Shown here piece after piece: positions 37,292-43,491 of a stretch of 43,491 nucleotides of DNA; position 1 is the first letter of the stretch; each line of letters starts with the position of its first letter. Where the stretch lies: IMG/VR virus record IMGVR_UViG_3300045972_000219; one strand, given 5' to 3'. Below the pieces are notes generated by a model that did no database searches, was not told the origin of the DNA, and was given only the letters and a program-made list of their open reading frames with translations. Both the position numbers and the translations under genes were made by a program. The stretch is from a virus (Duplodnaviria > Heunggongvirae > Uroviricota > Caudoviricetes).

Positions 37292-40200
37292 TTATTTTTT
37301 TACTATCTCTTTTATTTTTTCTTTTAGACCTATAAGAACCTTGTTTGTATACATACTTAAGAGTACGTCAGGGGTCATACGAGCCATAAGAGAAAGAGGA
37401 GATAATATACAATCAATTATCTGACCATTTCCAGTATATGGTGAATCTTTATCTGGAAGAACGGTAGATATAATTGATTTTGCAGCTCTTTCAAATGCTA
37501 TCTTTTCACCAGACAATGCAGGACTGTAGACTTTGACATAGAATGTAAAGAGTACACCACTAAACTCAGTACCTCTAATCTTAGTTCTATCAATCTTCTC
37601 AATATGTGGCGGCATTAGAATCTGATCTGCACCTGCACCATGCATAGCCTTAGCTTTTTCATCTTCATCTTTAATAGATGCTTCAACTATTTTTCTTAAT
37701 GAAGATGACATTTCTTTAAGCTCTACATTGTAAATAACATGTACATCTACTATTTCACCACCATACTTAGAATCAATAGTTGTCTTACCAAAATCTTCTA
37801 AGTTTGAAGTATCTTTATCATTAAGCTTTTCAAGCATTTTATTAATACTACCAGCATTGTCATCATCAAAAGACTCTTCAAATACTAGCAATGGCTCTCC
37901 TGCTTTTATGATCTGACCCTTCTTAGCTATCTTCTCAACAGTAGCTTTAGCAGATAGACTAGCATCTTTTTCAAATGTAACCCAAGATGCTAACTTATGT
38001 GATGCAGTTTCAGTAATAACTGATGAATCCTCAAATGTAGCATCAAGAGGAGCTACAGCTATTCTACACATTACACCAGACATATATTGTGCTCTACCTT
38101 TATGATCGTCTCTAAAGAAACTATCATCTTGTGCAAGTATATCATTCTTCTTAAACTTCTGACCTTTCTTCAACTTACCAGATAACTTAGTAGTTATGAA
38201 GAATCCACCAACGTTTGTCTTTCTCTGTCTTGGTGAAAGGTCAATTACTTCAGTAGTTCCTGAAGTATATTTTACTATAACGAATTGTTTAGCTTCATTA
38301 TAAGTTTCTATGATCCCATCTTCTTTTGCTTTGAAGCTAAATTCATCTGATGTATAATATGGAAGAGCAAAATCCATACCACTACCTACCATTGGTTTAT
38401 GCTGTATTACAGTAGGCATTGTATGTTCAGAGTGACGAATAGCCATTGACTGTCTAAATGGATCCGAATGTCTAGCAGTGAAGTTCTGTAGAAGTTCACT
38501 TACACCAAGCATTTGAGTTGGATCAAGATTTTTAGAATCAGTTCCAGCTTTAAGATATCCTCTAGGTGAGGTTACATTGGTGTTGTATGCTAGTTTACGA
38601 ATAGTACCAACATTAATATCATTAGGTGTACCTGCTCCAAATATACCAACCATTCCTTTGTCATAAGCACGAAATTCTTCAGTTCCTTGTGCATGACCAA
38701 ATTTAGCTCCACCAGTACCACGCCATGTAGCTTTAGTCATACCTTCAGCTTCCAATGCAGGATTAAGAACAGCTTGTTCTTCAACTAGACCACTATCAAG
38801 AAAGTCCCTAATTATTGCATCTTGCTTAATGGATATACCATCAGTTCTCTTATCTTTAAACTCAGCAATAGCTATTGATAGTCTCTTATAGAGTAACTGA
38901 TTTACTACTTCTTGACTACGCAAACGATATAGACGTATATCGTTTTTCTTACTAACTCGTGGATCAGCTAGTAAAGAATTACAGTAAAGAAGTGAACCAA
39001 CCAAGTCATTAGGGAGTCCGATGTCAGTAAGTATATCCCTAGTAACAGGATCAAGAAAAAACTGGTAAAAGTTTCTAAGTGATCTACCAAAAAGAGACGT
39101 ACCTTGATCTGCAAAGTACTTATTGTATGCTTCACCATCTTTTCCTAAATCTGACCATTTTACATCATGGTCTGTAAGTGGATTGAGACCTGCCATTAAA
39201 ATATCATGCTGCACATTACTTCCATTATAATGAATCTGAAAGTCCTTAAACTTAATAGTTCTATTCATTCCAGCAGGTCTACCCTGTCTATCAACAGGAG
39301 TTGCATCATAATGAATATTAGCTCTATCAAGAACAGACTCAATACCATCCTTAAAACCTAGAATAATTATCAATGGTACTTTCTGATCATGAATTCTAGC
39401 TACAGTGTAAGTCTGTTTACTTCCTGCATTAATACTTTCTAAATCATTAACTGCTCCACCACCCTCATCTTCTAATTGTTTCTTTACAAGTTCAAATATA
39501 CTTGGTGAGATAGAGGTAGTATTCTTAGTCTTTCTATCAAATAAGAGAATTTCTCCGTCCCATTTGCTTACTATAATTGATGAACCTTTCATTCCTATAG
39601 GAAAGACATTCATCTCTTTAATGGTACCCATTAAATTTAAATCTATAGCATTTATATCAGATATCATCGCCTCTAAGTTAAAATTAAAAGCATATTCACC
39701 AACTTTTAATTTACTACATACAGTAGCTAACTCTCCATACTCAAGACTGATATCTTTTCCTTTACTAATTACAGTAGTATTACCTAATGATGCTTTAACA
39801 GTCTTAGATTTATTACCAAGTGACAAATATTTTTTTAACTTTGATATATCTGGTGATAGATTACCAGGTGTACGAGTCATGATACATTTGTTATAAAATG
39901 TATTATATTGAACAGCATCTTCTCCATTAAGGCGAGTTTTAACAATAGGTAATTGCGCTAATTGATTTAGCATTTGTTTCTTTGTACCGTTGATAAATAT
40001 CTCACCATCTTTACTGAACTTAGGTATATCTACTTTAAAAGTCTGTGATCTACCTTTATTAGTTGTATTTAACTTAAGAGTTAATGTTTCTTTCTTATTA
40101 AATGGATCTGATGAATTCACTCTTTCAACTGACTCAAGAAAGACAGGAAAGTCTGAATTATCATCACCAAAGTGAGATATGATTGCATTTGTATCTTCTA

Positions 40201-41395
40201 CATATAATTTTTCAGCATATTCAGTGTTTAATGATTTAGAAGTACTAGATTTTATACTATCTCTAATACCTTCTATTTTGAATACAGTAGGACTTAATAC
40301 TTTTTTATCAGCAACATCGATAGTTAAAGTTTTAGTCACTACATCTTGATGTTTTAATTTAAGAGCATCTATATTCTTTTGAGCAACTACGTCATTGAGA
40401 TGACCTACTCTAGCATCAGTTAATTGTCTAATTAATTCTATGAATTGTGGATCAGCATCTAATAAAGCTTGTACTTCTACAGGTTTTATTTCACTATTAT
40501 TTGTAGACTGTGATACATCTATAGCTCTAGCCTTCATATCGTCTAGTATTAGACTCTCACTATCAGTAAGTCCTATATTTCTTATTTTAATCTTATCTAG
40601 AATAAGATCTACTGCGTCATTACCTGCTTTAATTGTATTTGCTTCAATATCAACAGGTTCATTTTCTTTTCCAACTGAAGGTAGTTCAACATTACTATGG
40701 TCTTCCGCATCTAAAGTTTCATTATTATTAAGACGTAACATTGTTTTAATAATAGACTGGACTTTATTTGCATCAGTTTTAGCAGTAGTTACTCTAAAGA
40801 AATAATTGGTTTTAGGAGAGTAGAAGATGATGTTATCTACTCCAAGATCTAAAGTATTTCTTCTCATATGAAGAAGTAATAATGATGCAGGACATTTAGT
40901 CTTGAGAAACTCATTAATATTTTTATCTTCATTTAGAATAACTAATGCAGTTATTTTATTATACTTTTGTCTTCTAGTATCAGCAGCTTTCTCCTGTATA
41001 ACTTGGATAAGCATCTCTGCTCTCTTTTGTAATACAGTTCCACCTTTAGTAGTAGATAATATAGCATTAATTTCATTGGATAAATCGTAATAAAAATTAC
41101 GTCCTTTTAATGACATTATAGTCATAGCTGGTTGTAATTTAAGATTCTTAGCATTCTCAAAGAATGGTTTACGATCTATATTTTTCTTTAGAGTCCACTG
41201 GTTAAATACTAATCTATCCAGATAATATCCTCTAAATTGGAAATTCTGATATAATTTATCTACTGGTGATAATGCATCTACTTCACTCGGTGATATGAGT
41301 AACACTACATTACTCATATTTAAAGGTTTTCCTTCAGAACTTATTTTCTTATCTTTATAAATAACTAGAGGTTTTATTACACTCATTGTTAACAT
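37292..41395 (-). CDS. rpoB: phage RNAP beta subunit (likely virion RNAP)
   Basis: IFINGTKK..NQ, TPNDINVG, HSDPFRQSM, TFEDSSVI, GEK...AAKS, DCILSPLSLMARM. Confidence 0.9.
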   Translation of the reverse strand: MLTMSVIKPLVIYKDKKISSEGKPLNMSNVVLLISPSEVDALSPVDKLYQNFQFRGYYLDRLVFNQWTLKKNIDRKPFFENAKNLKLQPAMTIMSLKGRNFYYDLSNEINAILSTTKGGTVLQKRAEMLIQVIQEKAADTRRQKYNKITALVILNEDKNINEFLKTKCPASLLLLHMRRNTLDLGVDNIIFYSPKTNYFFRVTTAKTDANKVQSIIKTMLRLNNNETLDAEDHSNVELPSVGKENEPVDIEANTIKAGNDAVDLILDKIKIRNIGLTDSESLILDDMKARAIDVSQSTNNSEIKPVEVQALLDADPQFIELIRQLTDARVGHLNDVVAQKNIDALKLKHQDVVTKTLTIDVADKKVLSPTVFKIEGIRDSIKSSTSKSLNTEYAEKLYVEDTNAIISHFGDDNSDFPVFLESVERVNSSDPFNKKETLTLKLNTTNKGRSQTFKVDIPKFSKDGEIFINGTKKQMLNQLAQLPIVKTRLNGEDAVQYNTFYNKCIMTRTPGNLSPDISKLKKYLSLGNKSKTVKASLGNTTVISKGKDISLEYGELATVCSKLKVGEYAFNFNLEAMISDINAIDLNLMGTIKEMNVFPIGMKGSSIIVSKWDGEILLFDRKTKNTTSISPSIFELVKKQLEDEGGGAVNDLESINAGSKQTYTVARIHDQKVPLIIILGFKDGIESVLDRANIHYDATPVDRQGRPAGMNRTIKFKDFQIHYNGSNVQHDILMAGLNPLTDHDVKWSDLGKDGEAYNKYFADQGTSLFGRSLRNFYQFFLDPVTRDILTDIGLPNDLVGSLLYCNSLLADPRVSKKNDIRLYRLRSQEVVNQLLYKRLSIAIAEFKDKRTDGISIKQDAIIRDFLDSGLVEEQAVLNPALEAEGMTKATWRGTGGAKFGHAQGTEEFRAYDKGMVGIFGAGTPNDINVGTIRKLAYNTNVTSPRGYLKAGTDSKNLDPTQMLGVSELLQNFTARHSDPFRQSMAIRHSEHTMPTVIQHKPMVGSGMDFALPYYTSDEFSFKAKEDGIIETYNEAKQFVIVKYTSGTTEVIDLSPRQRKTNVGGFFITTKLSGKLKKGQKFKKNDILAQDDSFFRDDHKGRAQYMSGVMCRIAVAPLDATFEDSSVITETASHKLASWVTFEKDASLSAKATVEKIAKKGQIIKAGEPLLVFEESFDDDNAGSINKMLEKLNDKDTSNLEDFGKTTIDSKYGGEIVDVHVIYNVELKEMSSSLRKIVEASIKDEDEKAKAMHGAGADQILMPPHIEKIDRTKIRGTEFSGVLFTFYVKVYSPALSGEKIAFERAAKSIISTVLPDKDSPYTGNGQIIDCILSPLSLMARMTPDVLLSMYTNKVLIGLKEKIKEIVKK

Positions 41396-41426
41396 AGATT
41401 AATCCTCTTTTCGCTTATATAACTCT

Positions 41427-41438
41427 TAATAAGCTGTT
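41427..41438 (-). promoter_or_regulatory. putative late promoter AACA-N6-TA
   Basis: AACAGCTTATTA upstream of the beta gene RBS. Confidence 0.6.
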
Positions 41439-41858
41439 TAACTCTACTAAGCCTTTTAGGGAGAGCCGACGTCAGTGTAGGGTATCGACCGTTAAACATG
41501 TGATACATAATAACAAAAATCTCTTATTTTCCTCCAGCTTCGATACTAAACATTTTATATTAGTTATTTATTTTCATTAAGAATTTTAATACTTATTTTT
41601 TCTTTTTATAACTATTAAATCTAGTAAGTCCACCTTTTCAGCGACTCCCCCCTCCCCCTCTTTTGGGCAAACGGTCATTCATAGTACCAGTGTTGCAGTA
41701 CTATGAAAGTTGTAAGCCTTAATCATTTAGTGGGGGCGAAAATTGATCAATATTATCATGCTGTGAAAGTATGGCGCTACCAGTAATTTTTTGTTAGTCC
41801 GTGACAGAGATTTTTAAACAGTTATATTTGATACTCATATAATAGTATTGGAATCGAT

Positions 41859-41870
41859 AACAAATCATTA
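41859..41870 (+). promoter_or_regulatory. putative late promoter AACA-N6-TA
   Basis: AACAAATCATTA upstream of 41902. Confidence 0.6.
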
Positions 41871-41901
41871 CGGATCATAGTAAAAAATAGGAGATATTCC
41901 A

Positions 41902-42765
41902 ATGAATATAACAGAGACGCAGGGAAGTATAATAGACCTTATCAATGAGTCTGTCAGTCGTGTTTATACAGAATCTACTAGAAGTATGAGAGACGCTATA
42001 GTAAGTCAATATAAAGGTAAAGGTAACATATTTCTTACTGAAGAAGAAATTGTTCAGTATGAAGATCATATCAAGATGGCTTTTAAATCATTACGTCAAT
42101 TAGATTATACCATGTGTGGTATATTGAAAGAAGACTCATCTATGGGGTTTTCAGAAGAATTTGGTGTAATCCATGAAAGCAATGTAGATATCCAAATTGC
42201 TAGATGGAAGAAAGAAGTGACTGATGCACTAGCTAAAGTTAATCATTTAGCCAATGCCAGTAATTATAAATCTAGCGATGCTGGAAAGAAAGCTTTGACT
42301 GGATTAATAATTGGTCTTATCGGTACTGGCGTAGCTATATTATTAGCTGAAGTTGCCCTTCCAATTGGATGTATAGCATTAATGGTTAGTCTTGGAGCGG
42401 CACTATATTATCTATTTGATGCATCAGATGATTATGATGAGTCTGAAAAACTGGATAAAGTATCTAATCATACTAAATATGAACTTAGAATTAAAGCTAA
42501 GAGGATTCTTCCACAATTAGATGAACTAGAGAGGAAGTCTACTAATAAAGCTACAACTGCAGCTATAAACTCATTAAGGTCAGCTTTAGAGGCAGTAGCA
42601 CTTGATGAGTATGAAGAAGATAGAGAGCTTGAAATAAGGAAAGTAAGGGCTGCTCATATCCAAGCTTCATACACTAAAGAGAAGAATGACCAGCTCAAGC
42701 ACAAATACCTTGATATTAAAGATAGACAAGATACACTAGAAAAGAAATTTGATAGTTTACGATAA
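41902..42765 (+). CDS. protein with a hydrophobic helical hairpin and coiled coils (possible virion/ejection protein)
   Basis: AGGAG RBS; two adjacent G/A-rich hydrophobic helices. Confidence 0.75.
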   Translation: MNITETQGSIIDLINESVSRVYTESTRSMRDAIVSQYKGKGNIFLTEEEIVQYEDHIKMAFKSLRQLDYTMCGILKEDSSMGFSEEFGVIHESNVDIQIARWKKEVTDALAKVNHLANASNYKSSDAGKKALTGLIIGLIGTGVAILLAEVALPIGCIALMVSLGAALYYLFDASDDYDESEKLDKVSNHTKYELRIKAKRILPQLDELERKSTNKATTAAINSLRSALEAVALDEYEEDRELEIRKVRAAHIQASYTKEKNDQLKHKYLDIKDRQDTLEKKFDSLR

Positions 42766-42810
42766 ATTGCGGAGTTCTATCAGCCTATTTTTAAACGTTC
42801 AAGAAAGTAT

Positions 42811-42822
42811 AACATAACTTTA
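42811..42822 (+). promoter_or_regulatory. putative late promoter AACA-N6-TA
   Basis: AACATAACTTTA upstream of 42847. Confidence 0.6.
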
Positions 42823-42846
42823 GCCACAAGAATTGGAGATTTTTAT

Positions 42847-43152
42847 ATGTTAAGTTTTTTACAAGTAAATGCAACCACGCATGTTGGTATACAAGGTATT
42901 TCGTCAATTAGAGTTGATAATGATGTACTTTGGAATCCAGAGGTAGCACCTATAGTTGGTTCTAGACCTAATATCATAGTATATGAAACCTATGGTGGCG
43001 AGCATATTGTTCCCGATGATGGAAATGTAGGGTATTATCAAATAATCATACATTTTCTAAGATCAACATATATTTGGTCTAAGTATAGTCCTAATATTAC
43101 TGATGCACCTGAGAGATATCATTCAATAGGTAATAATACTTTTAAGATGTAA
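42847..43152 (+). CDS. hypothetical protein
   Basis: GGAG RBS. Confidence 0.7.
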   Translation: MLSFLQVNATTHVGIQGISSIRVDNDVLWNPEVAPIVGSRPNIIVYETYGGEHIVPDDGNVGYYQIIIHFLRSTYIWSKYSPNITDAPERYHSIGNNTFKM

Positions 43153-43338
43153 GTTAACATAATTTTCAAATATATATTATTTCTATGACATATAATCTAA
43201 TTAGCTCGGCACTACTTAGATTAAATCAGAAACCCCTATATGCTTCTCGGAAAGAGTGTATCCATTTAAGGGTCATGAACGTATAATGGTAGCGTTCAAA
43301 AAATTAAACTAAACTTTTATGAAACGGAGAAGAGAACA

Positions 43339-43491
43339 ATGGCACTTTTTAAAAAGAAGAATACTGCAGTTGAGGAAGTAGAAGAAGAAGAAGTTGAAGT
43401 GGTTACGCCTAAGAAGAAATCTAAGGCTGCACCTGTTGAAGTTGAAGAGGAGGAAGAGGAAGAAGATACTCCTCCACCACCTAAGAAGAAA
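43339..43491 (+). CDS. partial CDS with a low-complexity E/K/P-rich N-terminus
   Basis: GGAG RBS; MALFKKKNTAVEEVEEEEV... open to the window end. Confidence 0.75.
   Translation, partial: MALFKKKNTAVEEVEEEEVEVVTPKKKSKAAPVEVEEEEEEEDTPPPPKKK

Noticed and set aside
244-41090. Numerous short antisense or nested ORFs in the track (e.g. 244..516, 14881..15171, 34697..35026, 40440..40805)
   Set aside because: They shadow well-supported genes and have the composition expected of antisense frames
41645-41660. G-quadruplex on the minus strand
   Set aside because: Only two long G runs, so a stable intramolecular quadruplex is doubtful
1-43491. tRNA, rRNA or CRISPR array
   Set aside because: No cloverleaf/T-arm signature or regularly spaced repeats seen by eye in the intergenic gaps

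Overview
AT-rich segment of a jumbo phage of the phiKZ-related supergroup, most like the AR9/PBS1/phiR1-37 type by motif recognition. It encodes parts of two multisubunit RNA polymerases: two different GGDFDGD-bearing beta' N/middle subunits, one beta' C-terminal subunit and a 1367-aa beta. One beta' gene is split by a group I intron (22371-23633) carrying a zinc-ribbon plus Vsr/PD-(D/E)XK-like endonuclease. Also present are SbcD, an SbcC/Rad50 with an Ala-initiated LAGLIDADG intein in its Walker A motif, a free-standing HNH, an SF2 helicase, guanylate kinase, a HAD nucleotidase, a miniature PolB-like protein, neck/head genes and a tail-fibre module with three tandem S74-chaperone paralogs. 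Non-coding signals include a recurring AACA-N6-TA promoter motif, TACC/GGTA hairpins, a minigene unit with alternative SD pairings and three structured intergenic regions. All calls were made by eye; no searches or folding programs were run.
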